A DNA stretch of 62,755 nt, filler included, from Craspedostauros australis (GCA_030167865.1; 16 parts of 16 records of this genome joined end to end with filler, not necessarily neighbours in it), one strand, 5' to 3'; shown: positions 47,732 through 59,862, counted from the whole stretch's first letter. Numbers and translations are program-made. Notes: generated from the letters alone by a model not told the origin.

Positions 47732-50367
47732 CAATCAAAGACGGGCACAACTCGCCGTCAGTCGGAGATTGTCATCCACCNNNNNNNNNNNNNNNNNNNN
47801 NNNNNNNNNNNNNNNNNNNNNNNNNNNNNNGGGCGAGCGTGACGACCGCAGCGGGAATGCCCGGACGTGCACGTCCGGTGGCACCACAAGAGTCCCGTCC
47901 GTGCACAACCCACCTGACAGTGGAGCATTGCATCCGAAGGGCGAGAGTAACGAACAATAGCCAAGGCTTTATCATCCTAGACTCAGGGGCGGACGGAGAC
48001 ATCGTTCATGCGTCGGGCTGGGAGGTGACCCACACACACCAACAAGAGTTTCGTGCCCGAGGGGCGACGATCAACTCACCAATCGAGACATTCCAAATGG
48101 TCGACGCGGTGGCAGCATACGAGCCCCCATCAGGCGGCGTGATCCTCATCAAAGCGAACTACGTGGCTCTCGACAAGCATCCACAGCAGACGGAATCACT
48201 GTTTAACACACATCATATGCGCGCGTCCGGACTGAACGTCTACGATCGCCTCATTGAACATCAGGGACAGCAGCGGGTCTCATCGGACGAAATCAGCATA
48301 CCACTGGAGAACCATGAAGGCAACACGCTCCGAATTCCCATCCGAAAGCCGACAGCCCACGAGATGGCAACGGCACGGCATATCATCATATGCGACAGAC
48401 ATCAGCGTCTACGACGCAATGCGGGTCGGGTTGATTTCACGCGAATCTTCCGACACCTTCCACCACACGTGGTGGAGAAAACCATGGCGGCATCCACTCA
48501 GCTGGCGGATACTCCGATCGAGGCAGAGTCAAGACTTATCCCGCGGCAGTATCGGGCGCAGCGAGCAGGCGTGCTGCAACCCACCAGAATCGACGGCAGA
48601 GTTGACACGGACACGTTCTTCTCTACCGTCCAGTCCATCAGACACTACAAGTGTTTCCAACTATTCTCGCATCACCAATCGAAATTCATCTGGGCGAAGC
48701 CACTGAGCCGCGAGGCCATGGCGCCAGGGGCGCTAACGGACTTCATCATCCGCGTCGGCGCTCCGGATCTACTCGTTTCAGACAATTCGCAGGTGCAATC
48801 GGGCAAGGCATGGAAAGCGGTCACATCCCGCTATCTGATCAAGCACCAGTTCACTGTGCCCATGAATCAGAACCAGAACCACGCAGAACGGGCGATCGGC
48901 AATGTCAAGCGACATGCATACCAGCTTCTGTGGGCCGCCTCGGCGCCACTCTCATTCTGGTGCTATGCTGTGCAACACGCGATCGACACATGGAACTACA
49001 CGGCGAAGGCGAGCCTCCAATGGCGCACTCCAATTGAGATTCTTCGCGGCAACACTCCCGACATCTCGATGTTTCGCTTCACGTTCTTCCAACCCGTATG
49101 GTTCTTCGAACCCATGACCAAATTTCCCAACCATCCANNNNNNNNNNNNNNNNNNNNNNNNNNNNNNNNNNNNNNNNNNNNNNNNNNCCGCTATCTGATC
49201 AAGCACCAGTTCACTGTGCCCATGAATCAGAACCAGAACCACGCAGAACGGGCGATCGGCAATGTCAAGCGACATGCATACCAGCTTCTGTGGGCCGCCT
49301 CGGCGCCACTCTCATTCTGGTGCTATGCTGTGCAACACGCGATCGACACATGGAACTACACGGCGAAGGCGAGCCTCCAATGGCGCACTCCAATTGAGAT
49401 TCTTCGCGGCAACACTCCCGACATCTCNATGTTTCGCTTCACGTTCTTCCANCCCGTNTGGTTCTTCGAACCCATGACCAAATTTCCCAACCATCCATTC
49501 AAGCCAGGGTACTTCCTTGGCATCGCATGGAACCACGGCGACCCATTCACCTACACCATATGGTCTCCACGAGGTGATGACGTCGCGAAGGGCACCGCGC
49601 TTGTGCGAAACATCGTCAAGCCGCGTGTCGTCGAAGACGCCATTCCTCCACGCATCACAGATGCGGAGATCAACCGTATCGCTAAGCTCGATATCATCCA
49701 CACCACTACGCGCGGCGAATCCGGCGAACGCGCCAGAGCCAAGACATTGCCGGCGGAACTCGCTCGACAGGTCCGCGAGGCCATCGACGCGATTGCCATG
49801 CAGTCAGGGGCGGCGGCGGGCCCACCGGAGCCGGAGACGCAGGAGGTCAGGGGCGTATCCGAGAATAACACGCCAGCAGGCACGGCTGACCGATGGTTCG
49901 GTCAACCAAACATAATTCCCAACGACGGCGGCATGCTGGAACATAATGCACACGGCGTCATCTCAGATGACGACGGCGACGCATCCACGGGTAACATCTC
50001 TGTGGAGATCGATGACTCCAAAGTCACGGCGATGCCAGATCCTCCGGAGCACCGCTCTCAGGGGCGTGAGTCCTCTCTCATCGAGAGAGAGCATGACGAG
50101 CTGTTCCGAAATCAGGTCGAAAACGAGAAATCTGACGACTTGGCAATCAACTCCATCCTCAGCCACGCATTCAGAGACGGACATCTACACTTCAATGTGC
50201 AATGGTCCAATACTGAAACGCAATGGTTCCGATATGACGTGATCCGAGCCGACCATCCCGAAATGGTAGCACGATACATCATTGACAACGAACCACGACG
50301 CAACGGTCGACACAATCGACAATCACAAGTCCTACTCAAGTGGGCAAAGCATGCACTGCGAGCCATC
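47732..50367 (+). CDS. CoDi pol: protease, integrase, chromodomain-like module (3' partial)
   Basis: IILDSGADGDIV protease and DDE integrase. The junction with gag is obscured by gap 47781-47830. Confidence 0.9.
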
Positions 50368-50467
50368 NNNNNNNNNNNNNNNNNNNNNNNNNNNNNNNNN
50401 NNNNNNNNNNNTTAATTAATTAANNNNNNNNNNNNNNNNNNNNNNNNNNNNNNNNNNNNNNNNNNNN

Positions 50468-50703
50468 GATATGCTCACAAAGGCATTGGCGCGGCCAACA
50501 CTAACCACTTCCGTCACAGCTCTGTTCTACAGGGGTCATCCTCAAGATCAACAGGTGTGACAGCTTTCACTGTACATCTTACCTTTTTACTATTCGTATT
50601 AATCGGAAATACTGGTCAGAGATCGTCGTCGAACGACTCACAATACAACAACAAGAGCTCCGACCAGGGCACGCAACAACGGGCCAATACGTCTTCAGTA
50701 GTT
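50468..50703 (+). mobile_element. 3' end of a sister family C element: RNase H C-terminus and 3' LTR from 50558
   Basis: DMLTKALARPTLTTSVTALFY aligns with 36128-36190. The TGA stop is again the LTR start. Shares CAACAAGAGCTCCGACCAGGGCACG with the 46095 LTR. Confidence 0.85.
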
Positions 50704-50975
50704 NNNNNNNNNNNNNNNNNNNNNNNNNNNNNNNNNNNNNNNNNNNNNNNNNNNNNNNNNNNNNGGCCAGAAGCCAACAATGGCTGTTGGCGACGACTAG
50801 CAGAGAGGAGGTCCAAACACACAGGCAGGGAATAGACCTGAATCGAGGATGAAGCTGTACCATAGAGTAGACATATGGAGGGAAGGCAGTGTGTGCTGAT
50901 TGGGATGAGGACGATGATCAACGTCCCAGTGCACGAACAGAGGCAGAACCGCGAATAAGACAGTGTGAAAGTCAA

Positions 50976-51721
50976 GCTGGGGGTCAAGATCTGGATTACC
51001 CACCAACCCAAAACTCTAGATTTCGACCACTGATCCACGGTCCAGACGAAGTAGCAGCCTCATCATGCCTACNNNNNNNNNNNNNNNNNNNNNNNNNNNN
51101 NNNNNNNNNNNNNNNNNNNNNNNNNNNNNNNNNNNNNNNNNNNNNNNNNNNNNNNNNNNNNNNNNNNNNNNNNNNNNNNNNNNNNNNNNNNNCGCATTTG
51201 TCCCTCGACGTCTGCATGCTTGGCGTTTTTAGACGTAGACTAGTGCGAAAAATATAAACTTTTTAACTACGGCGCCCAGGAGCTTGTTACTTCACACATA
51301 TACTCTCTACAACATAATAGGATGATCTAAGTGTTAATCTCAAAAATCCGCAAATGACTACATGAGAACNNNNNNNNNNNNNNNNNNNNNNNNNNNNNNN
51401 NNNNNNNNNNNNNNNNNNNAGCAGCCTCATCATGCCTACCGCTACCACGCAATCCTCAACAATTCATCGAAACGGACCACCTCACCCACGCGAAATGTGG
51501 GAGTGTCGACAATAGACACGACTGGACAGCAAGCCGAAGCACGACTGGCGATTCGGAACCGCATTTGTCCCTCGACGTCTGCATGCTTGGCGTTTTTAGA
51601 CGTAGACTAGTGCGAAAAATATAAACTTTTTAACTACGGCGCCCAGGAGCTTGTTACTTCACACATATACTCTCTACAACATAATAGGATGATCTAAGTG
51701 TTAATCTCAAAAATCCGCAAA
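50976..51721 (+). repeat. Unclassified dispersed repeat, copy A (includes a gap-flanking duplicate)
   Basis: Aligns colinearly with the reverse complement of 62377-62755. Confidence 0.85.
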
Positions 51722-51738
51722 TGACTACATGAGAACTC

Positions 51739-51766
51739 CGCGGTCTCGCTTATAAGCGAGACCGCG
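51739..51766. repeat. Perfect 28-bp palindrome CGCGGTCTCGCTTATAAGCGAGACCGCG
   Basis: Exact self reverse complement. Confidence 0.95.
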
Positions 51767-52450
51767 AAGAGTCACAACAGAATTTGACACCGCACAAAAA
51801 GTCGGAAAGCGAACATCGCAATACACAAGGCCACCAGTGACGCTATTGCACTCGCGCTATACCTTGTGACTCGTACCTGCTCCATAGGCATCCATCATAA
51901 TTGCTCGTGAAAGCGCTGTGTGGTAGATAAGAGGTGGCATATATGTTGTGAACCGATCGAAGGCGAGAAGTTGTTCTCAGGCAATCGTTCCAAAACCAAC
52001 ACTCACTTTTTGGCCCTAGCGATAGGAGAAATCGTCTTCTCTTTGTTGGAGGAATCAATCAGGGCTCTAAGTGAAGAACCGAGATGATGGCAGCATCGCG
52101 AGCCTTCTTTGCTCTGTGGGATGCACACAGATGGAGATTGCTCGTCCGGTGGTGAAAGCAGAAGCGCTATCTGTTGGTACTTTCGCAACCTATTCATTCA
52201 GATTATATGTATGAAGAGGATGCGCGGAATAAAACATAGCACCACAATCGCAGCAGAATGAAGGAGTCACCAACTCCAACACAAGTCGGAATACGCGTTT
52301 GTTCGCAATAACTCACCTTCATTGCAGCAATCATCATCCTGAACTCATAAAATCAGCTTCAGCATCAACTCGAGCAACATACAAATCAACACACGCAAGC
52401 ATCTGCAACACTGATCTTGGACCCACAGATCAAGTCCACGTACATCAACC

Positions 52451-53773
52451 ATGAAGATCATCATCGCATCAGCCCTTGGAGCAGCCCTCCTCCTTCTAGC
52501 CCCCGACGTGGCCACGGCACGAGGTGGCGGTCGTGGTCGTGGTCGTCGCGGTGGCGGTGGCGGTGGCCGTGGTAGCGGTGGCCGTGGTCCCCCACATGGA
52601 AGGCCACCCAAAGGCCGTGATCCCCCACGTGGAAGGCCACCAAAAGGCCGTGACAACATATTCTCTGGAGGCAATAAGCCATTCGAGTTCGAGCTTGACA
52701 ACATCACCTGCGCCGAAGAATTCACTTGCGACCTTCCAATGGGACGTGGCAAGCGCGGCATGGACGATGACGAGACCACCGAAGGTGTCTTCGTCTGCCG
52801 CACCAAGTTCCATCCTCTCATCGGTACCAACACGACCTCGACCCTGTGCGTGCCAACCGACGAGGCATGGGAATTGGACGATTGCGGCTGCTGTGAAGAT
52901 GACTGTCCAGTCAAGCCGGACTTCACCAACAGCACGTGCAACAACACCGAGGTTCTCTCAGACTTTGGCGAGCCGGACCGCTACCTCAAGCGACGTGGAG
53001 ATTTCAATGCTGGATCTCGTGGCCGCCGAGACAGAGGCAGAGGCCGAGGCCGAGGCAAGCGCGGACGTCCTGACAAGGATTTGGACGTGATCTGCAGAGA
53101 AGTGTTCAATCCATTCACAAGAGATGTGGTCAACAAGACATTTGTCATCCGAGAAAACCGTGGCTTGGCGGGCGACGTTTGTGGTTGCTGCGACGACACC
53201 TGCCCAGAGGATTTCAAGGGCGAACAGTTCGAAAAGCCTACCTTGGTGAATGCTACTTGCACAGTTGAAGAGGTGACCACATGCGTGCTGCCAAAGCGTG
53301 GCGGTGGCCGCGGCAAGCGAGGTGGAAACAAGGGCCGCCGCGGCGGCAGAGGCCGAGGCCGAGGACGAGATGACAGCAGCGATGATAGCAGTGATGACAG
53401 CAGTGATGACGATGACGACGAAGCGGAGGAGGGATTGTTCATGTGCCGCGAAACATTCGACCCATTGACTGGCGTTTCTCAAACGAAGACCGTATGCGTT
53501 GCTGAGGATGCTACGTGGGAATCCGACGCCTGCGGTTGCTGTGGAGACGAATGCCCACAGCGTCGCGATGATCAGTTCATGGAGTCGACTTGCCAAGTAG
53601 ATGACATGGCCTTGTGCGTCCTTCGTTCCGGCGACCAAGGCCAATACGTGTGCCGTCCATTCTTCAACCCACAGACCGGAGAAGTCGCATCCACCAGCTC
53701 TGTGTGCATTCCATCTGACAGGTTCTTGCCGAATGACACCTGTGGATGCTGCGCTGATTCTGGATGCCCATAG
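52451..53773 (+). CDS. Secreted protein with four Cys-rich CGCCxxxCP modules and RGG-rich and Asp/Ser-rich inserts (440 aa)
   Basis: Signal peptide MKIIIASALGAALLLLAPDVATA; four repeats of CRxxFxPxxG...DxCGCCxxxCP; intact ORF. Confidence 0.9.
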   Translation: MKIIIASALGAALLLLAPDVATARGGGRGRGRRGGGGGGRGSGGRGPPHGRPPKGRDPPRGRPPKGRDNIFSGGNKPFEFELDNITCAEEFTCDLPMGRGKRGMDDDETTEGVFVCRTKFHPLIGTNTTSTLCVPTDEAWELDDCGCCEDDCPVKPDFTNSTCNNTEVLSDFGEPDRYLKRRGDFNAGSRGRRDRGRGRGRGKRGRPDKDLDVICREVFNPFTRDVVNKTFVIRENRGLAGDVCGCCDDTCPEDFKGEQFEKPTLVNATCTVEEVTTCVLPKRGGGRGKRGGNKGRRGGRGRGRGRDDSSDDSSDDSSDDDDDEAEEGLFMCRETFDPLTGVSQTKTVCVAEDATWESDACGCCGDECPQRRDDQFMESTCQVDDMALCVLRSGDQGQYVCRPFFNPQTGEVASTSSVCIPSDRFLPNDTCGCCADSGCP

Positions 53774-56047
53774 GAGAGTACGAAGAACGAGCGAGCGAGC
53801 AAGCGAGAGAGATTAGAGTAGATGACATTGTCATGAGTGGCGATCGTGGTAGCAATCACAACATCATGAATAATGAAGTCAACTAAAACGAAACGAAATG
53901 AAGCAAAAGGCAACATCAAAACTGACAACGAAAGACGGACAGCGGGCCCAGAGCGACCAGAACAGGCACGAGCCGGGATAGGATCCGAAACCATTACGCA
54001 AGCAAGCACTGGTGTCGCCTCGCTAGAGAAATACATAACATCATATAATACTAAGACAATAAAAGACGACAAAATGCGTCAGAGAATACACGTAGCAGTA
54101 GTGCGAGCATTCATCGTGCGAAGGATGTTGACATGGAGGTGAGTCTGATCTACTTTTATCATTCGTTTCCGTCTCGGGTGGATGCTTCGCCGTTCCTCTA
54201 CCAAGAGCTGCCGTACTTCACTTACAAAGGCATACGAATACCGTACGAGTAGCACGAGTCGCAGGTATTATACTCTGCGAAAGGAGGCCCCTCCAAATCA
54301 TGTGTAACCCGCTGCCTCGAAGTGCTACATCGTCAACCAAACCGCAGTCCCTTCTTGATTCATACGCAAAGGATCGGCAACCATCCACCAAACAACAGCC
54401 AAAGGGAAAGATGCGATGAGGCTCCGTGTATTCGAACATAGAGAGCGCCTCATTGGCGTCGGAGCAAGCTGGTGCACGTGCCTACCGAGGATAGGAGATC
54501 CTGTACACGAGAATCTTACTGCAGGTTTCTATTCTCTCCAGCCATTTCGTAGCCTGTTGCTACCAATGCTATTAGTGAGTTGGCTTCGATAGCGTCTTTT
54601 ATCCATGACCCAACACAAGTAATCGAAGCAGTCCGACTGTTTGATTAGAAACGGACACCACGTCCTTCGATAAAAGAACAAGAACAACGATTCGGACTCG
54701 GACGATTGTTTTTGACAATTCTCACTGCATCGGCAAAAATACACGTTTTTCTTTCCGTGTATCACAATTCTGATGCAAAATTGTTGCCCCTGATGTTGAT
54801 TGGCTAACGCTGATGGATAAGACCCACTCGAGTGAACGAAGGTGCAGTCGTGCCTGATCGTGACTTAAACTTTAACAAAATAAGTACATATTCGGAATCC
54901 AAGTAAAATTTTGTCGAGGGATATTTAATTTAAAAATCGGGAGAGTTGTGGATCAAAAGTTATAGACCCTGCAATAGTTTTGGTCTTCGGCCGTTGTAGA
55001 CCTTCCTTAGACTTCGCTGGGTATCGCCAAAACTCGCTGATGATGTCACACCTGTTCCTATTTTGAATTATTTTTCGCTTGCTATCTGGTTCTGACACGA
55101 TTCACAATTTCCCACGTCACATTTTCCTTCAATGTTTCCGCACTTTCGACTGCTTGTTTTGCCGCATGTGGATGCAAATCATCATGGATTTACTGCAACA
55201 TTTCGTCTTCCTTGGCTCTGCACCGTCCAAATTCTTCTTCGTCACAACCAGAATCATGCAACGTTGGTTGCGCACTGGCGCTCGCAGTCATACGTACCAT
55301 TGTGCACTCCATCGTTTCAGCGGTTTTTGACTTCTTTTCTTGTTTTTTTACTTGAGATAGTCCGTGATGAGGTATGCTTTACTCTCAGTGGTGATACTTG
55401 TAGTTGAGCGTACCAGTCTGTTTTCACCNNNNNNNNNNNNNNNNNNNNNNNNNNNNNNNNNNNNNNNNNNNNNNNNNNATTTACTGCAACATTTCGTCTT
55501 CCTTGGCTCTGCACCGTCCAAATTCATCTTCGTCACAACCAGAATCATGCAACGTTGGTTGCACACTGGCGCTCGCAGTCATACTTACCATTGTGCACTC
55601 CATCGTTTCAGCGGTTTTTGACTTCTTTTCTTGTTCTTTTTTGAACTTGAGATAGTCCGTGATGAGGTATGCTTTACTCTCAGTGGTGATACTTGTAGTT
55701 GAGCGTACCAGTCTGTTTTCACCCGTTCCATCGCCATCAGTTGTCGGTGTGCGTCGTACTCCGACATTCTGTTCCTCGAGTCATGGCAAGCAAGTACGCA
55801 GATTTTGTTCACCTCTGCCAACAAATAGTCAGGGATAGGTTCAAACGATCGAGTCTTCTTTGTGGCGCAACCCGGTGTTGTAACAGGAGGAAGATCCATA
55901 GCAGCAGTTGTATCCTTCCACATTGCGTCGTGACCAGCAGTTTCCATNNNNNNNNNNNNNNNNNNNNNNNNNNNNNNNNNNNNNNNNNNNNTTAATTAAT
56001 TAANNNNNNNNNNNNNNNNNNNNNNNNNNNNNNNNNNNNNNNNNNNN

Positions 56048-57295
56048 TCCATGGACTTGTCGTCCTCGGGCAACCAGAAGGGCTCCTCGATCATGGCTAG
56101 GGCAACGTCGTCGGCCTTCTCGTTGGTAGGTAACCACATCTCCTCGTCAACTTCAACGAAGGAGTCGTAGCCAGCCACATCGTCTTCGGTAGTCCGCCAC
56201 ATGTGTTCTTCGACCATCACGAGGGCGACGTCTGTCTCTTCNNNNNNNNNNNNNNNNNNNNNNNNNNNNNNNNNNNNNNNNNNNNNNNNNNNNNNNNNNN
56301 NNNNNNNNNNNNNNNNNNNNNNNNNNNNNNNNNNNNNNNNNNNNNNNNNNNNNNNNAACTTGTTCTTGGCGGGGGTGTCACCTCTCTTGTTGTTCTTCTT
56401 CAAGGCCTTGTTGTTTTTGTTCTTTGGGGGAGAGCGGCAGTCTGCCTTCTTGTGCCCGTAGGCACCGCAGTTGCGGCAGTACCCTTTGAAGCCGCCCGTG
56501 GCGGCGAGAGCCATTTCCTCTTTGGTGTCGCTCTCGCGGCGGTTGCTTCCTTGCTTGATGTGACGTGCGTCGTAGGTGGCACTCACTNNNNNNNNNNNNN
56601 NNNNNNNNNNNNNNNNNNNNNNNNNNNNNNNNNNNNNCGCGGCGGTTGCTTCCTTGCTTGATGTGACGTGCGTCGTAGGTGGCACTCACTGCTTCACGGA
56701 TGTCCTCGATTGACATCGTGTCTTCAATGCCAGTGAACTTGAGCTCGATGAGCTTCACATCCATCTCGTAGTCCCTTGCGAGGGCGTTGAGCACGAGCAT
56801 GTGGTACTGGGTCATGTCCAAGTCGACGCCGGCGTGGGAGAGACGCCCGCGGAGCACTTCCATCTCGGTGAGGAACGTGTCCGGGTGTTCTCCCTTCTTC
56901 ATGCGCATCCCGTTGAGCTGCGCCAACAATTTTGCCTTCATAGGCGCAGTGCGCTGCTCNTAGATACGCTCAAGAGCNTTCCANGCCTTACGTGGGTCTC
57001 CTCCCTNGTAAGCNCTGCTCTTGCATCCCAACACAGCCATGAAGGCAACATTGCCTTNGGTGGTNTCATGGCTAATAGCCATGGTCAGTTCTTCAAACGC
57101 GTACTTCGCCAATGCCTTCTTGTACTCAGCCTCCTCTTTAGGAGTCATGGCACTTGGCTTCTTGGCTTCGTCGTGGTCCTTCTTCTTGCCTTTCACAGGG
57201 AGGGCAGCAGAGGAGGGGACAAACGGTTCTTCCTTCACAACCACATCACCCATGTCCTTGAGATACAAGTCTCCATAGCCCTTGCGGTTGGCGCG
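56048..57295 (-). mobile_element. Copia gag fragment, sister subfamily of family A
   Basis: YKKALAKYAFEELTMAI, TAPMKAKLLAQLNGMR and CRNCGAYGHKKADC are shared with 20856-23141. Confidence 0.92.
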
Positions 57296-57395
57296 NNNNN
57301 NNNNNNNNNNNNNNNNNNNNNNNNNNNNNNNNNNNNNNNTTAATTAATTAANNNNNNNNNNNNNNNNNNNNNNNNNNNNNNNNNNNNNNNNNNNN

Positions 57396-57706
57396 GGTGG
57401 ACGAAGGTTGGGAAAGGAGTGAAGGAGGCTGCTCAACCTGCGGTCGTGGCAGTTCAGAACGGTCACGAACCAGCTGAAGAATCTGGAACAGATGGCAGGG
57501 CAGCAGCAGCAGCAGCAGCAGCAGCAGTCGCAGCAGTAGCACAAGTAACTCAAGAGGGTGGAGAAGACGAACAGGGCGAAGAAGAATCCCAAGCAAGGCA
57601 AGAGGCAGACGAAAGGAAGACAGCAGCAGAGATGAAGAAACGAGCAGCAGCTCGATTTGCTGCTGAAGAGAAGGCTCGCAGCAAGAAACGACACCGCACA
57701 ACCTGA
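57396..57706 (+). CDS. Possible 3' end of an unknown charged, Ala-rich protein
   Basis: Open frame from the scaffold start to TGA, with an E/K/R-rich helix and basic tail; no recognisable domain. Confidence 0.35.
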
Positions 57707-57864
57707 GAGCACTCTAGAGAGATCAAAGCCAGCAGTAGGGAAAAGCAGCATCAATAGCATATCAGCTCACCTACGCAGATGCAACAGATCTGTGCCAGAA
57801 GCGAGACAATGACACGAAAATCAAACGGATTATGAACGCGAAAGGCAAACTACGGAAATGAAAT

Positions 57865-57978
57865 TAACACGTGAATACACGCGAAAGGCATACCACAAAA
57901 ATCAAAAATAACACGTGGATACACGCGAAAGGCATAACACAAAAATAAAAATTAACACGGGAATACACGTGAAAGGCA
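57865..57978. repeat. 44-bp tandem repeat x2.6 (TAACACGTGAATACACGCGAAAGGCATA...)
   Basis: Units at 57865, 57909 and 57953. Confidence 0.85.
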
Positions 57979-58387
57979 GATGAACCAAATGCTCTCGACT
58001 GAGATCGTAAGAATTATAAACTCGAGAAAACAAAGAAAACAATTTGTAAACGCAAAGTAGCGAAAAAAATCGCAAGGTTACTATAGAGCATCTCATGATC
58101 AGGAAAACAATTTGAGCAAATTGGAAACAATCCATCGCAACATCTCAATGAAAAAAAATGGGATCGCCCCGAAGGGGATCCAACACAACACAACTCTCTA
58201 TTCCTCACGGAAAGCAAAAAATGAAACACTTGCCACACCAAACCAAAAAACAAACAATGATATCACAAGACATGATGAAAAACATGACAAGAAGATGATA
58301 TTACGTTGAAACGAATAGATGTACTATTTCAGTGAATGACCACCTTTATATGTGGATGTGATTCTGTGTGGGTGCAGGAGCGAGTGT

Positions 58388-58876
58388 GACTGCTCCAGTT
58401 GGTGTGGATGGCTGCTCCAGTTGCTGAGGATGGCATTCTGTGTGCGTGCATGGACGAGAGCGGCTGCTTCAGTTGGTGTGGATGGNNNNNNNNNNNNNNN
58501 NNNNNNNNNNNNNNNNNNNNNNNNNNNNNNNNNNNGACGAGGGCGACTGCTCCAGTTGGTGTGGATGGCTGCTCCAGTTGCTGAGGATGTGATGCTGAGT
58601 GAGTGCATGGACGAGAGCGGCTGCTCCAGTTGGTGTGGATGGCTGCTCCAGTTGCTGAGGATGTGATGCTGAGTGAGTGCATGGACGAGGGCGACTGCTT
58701 CAGTTGGTGTGGATGGCTGCTCCAGTTGCTGAGGATGTGATGCTGAGTGAGTGCATGGACGAGGGCGACTGCTNCAGTTGGTGTGGATGGCTGCTCCAGT
58801 TGCTGAGGATGTGATGCTGAGTGAGTGCATGGACGAGGGCGACTGCTCCAGTTGGTGTGGATGGCTGCTCCAGTTG
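58388..58876. repeat. 74-bp minisatellite, at least 6 units
   Basis: Units at 58388, 58462, 58545, 58619, 58693, 58767 and 58841. Each holds two CTGCTYCAGTTG sub-repeats. Confidence 0.95.
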
Positions 58877-59862
58877 ATGCAGATGCCTGTTTCAGTGGAT
58901 GTGGATGGCATGCGGTGTGGATGCACGAATGCTTGGATGGGGATGGCATGAATCAATGGATGCGGATGTGATGATGAGGGCTGGCCTTTCCAGACAGGTT
59001 TTGTGCTGTGGATGTTGATGCTGTGTTTTTCTTTGCTGGTGTGGTCGCTTTCTTTGTTGCTTTTGCTGTCGCTTTGTCTTCGCTTTTTTCGTTGCGGTGC
59101 CGTTGGCTTTTCGTCTTCTGCCCATCCTTCCGCCTTGATGTGCAATGGACATGAACAATGACGCAAACCCAGACCGAAACAAACCAAGATGGTTGTTCTG
59201 GGCCACCCAAAACCGATGACATTCATTGGCGCAGAAACCGGACACAACTGTCCAACCCAGAACCTGGATACCGCTATCTGTCACTGCAGACACCAAAACG
59301 ACTCTTTTCACATAACGGTGCGATTTTGTTTTTTTTTCAACGCCTCGATGAAATTTGTTTGAAATCGAGTGTAACATGTGGAAGACGTCTCATTCAGCTT
59401 GAAAACGATCAAAACACGACCGAGATGGACGCCGAGCGCAACCAGAGGAGAAGAATCGGAACCACCTCATCTACACGTGGAGGTGGGACGTCCTCCCGCA
59501 TCTGTCAGTCTGAACGTCGACTTGCATGTAGACGTAGCAAAGCAACCTTGAAGGCAACTGTACTAAAGTAACATAGTAGAAATATATGCATTACTATTAC
59601 CATTATCGATCTTCCACATGCATAGGAGAAGTATAGATCAGCTAGTGTCGAAGGAGAGGCATTTGTGTATTATTCGTGCTCACATCAAGTGCTGCATGCG
59701 TGCGCTGCAATTTGGCACTAGTCTGTAAAGCACAGCAACCAGAAGTAAATTTGCGGTTGCAACGTCCGTATGTATCGCGTAGAGCAAAAACCGTGTTGTT
59801 TTCACGCAGTGGGGTGTCATGTTTGCGTTGGGGTCTGTTTTTTTGCCATCTGGACCCCTCCT

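Larger units (their letters stand above)
46095..50367 (+). mobile_element. CoDi-I-type Copia family C, 5' part (LTR, PBS, gag, PR, INT, chromo)
   Basis: TG..CA LTR, tRNA-complementary PBS, gag and pol ORFs. Confidence 0.95.

Noticed and set aside
51739..51790. Helitron 3' end
   Set aside because: A hairpin is present but I find no CTRR terminus at the expected distance on either strand.
54713..54725. TGACAATTCTCAC matching the family C LTR start
   Set aside because: Only 13 bp match, with no further LTR similarity or PPT; probably chance.
55079..55947. Degenerate minus-strand coding relic, possibly a transposase tail
   Set aside because: It is frameshifted, partial and has no motif I can assign with confidence.
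4295..57351. TTAATTAATTAA recurring 15 times
   Set aside because: It is always centred in 44+44 N and is a six-frame-stop assembly linker. Adjacency across it is not biological.
58388..58876. Possible CRISPR array or repeat-protein ORFs
   Set aside because: There are no unique spacers, and the 74-bp period shifts frame each unit.
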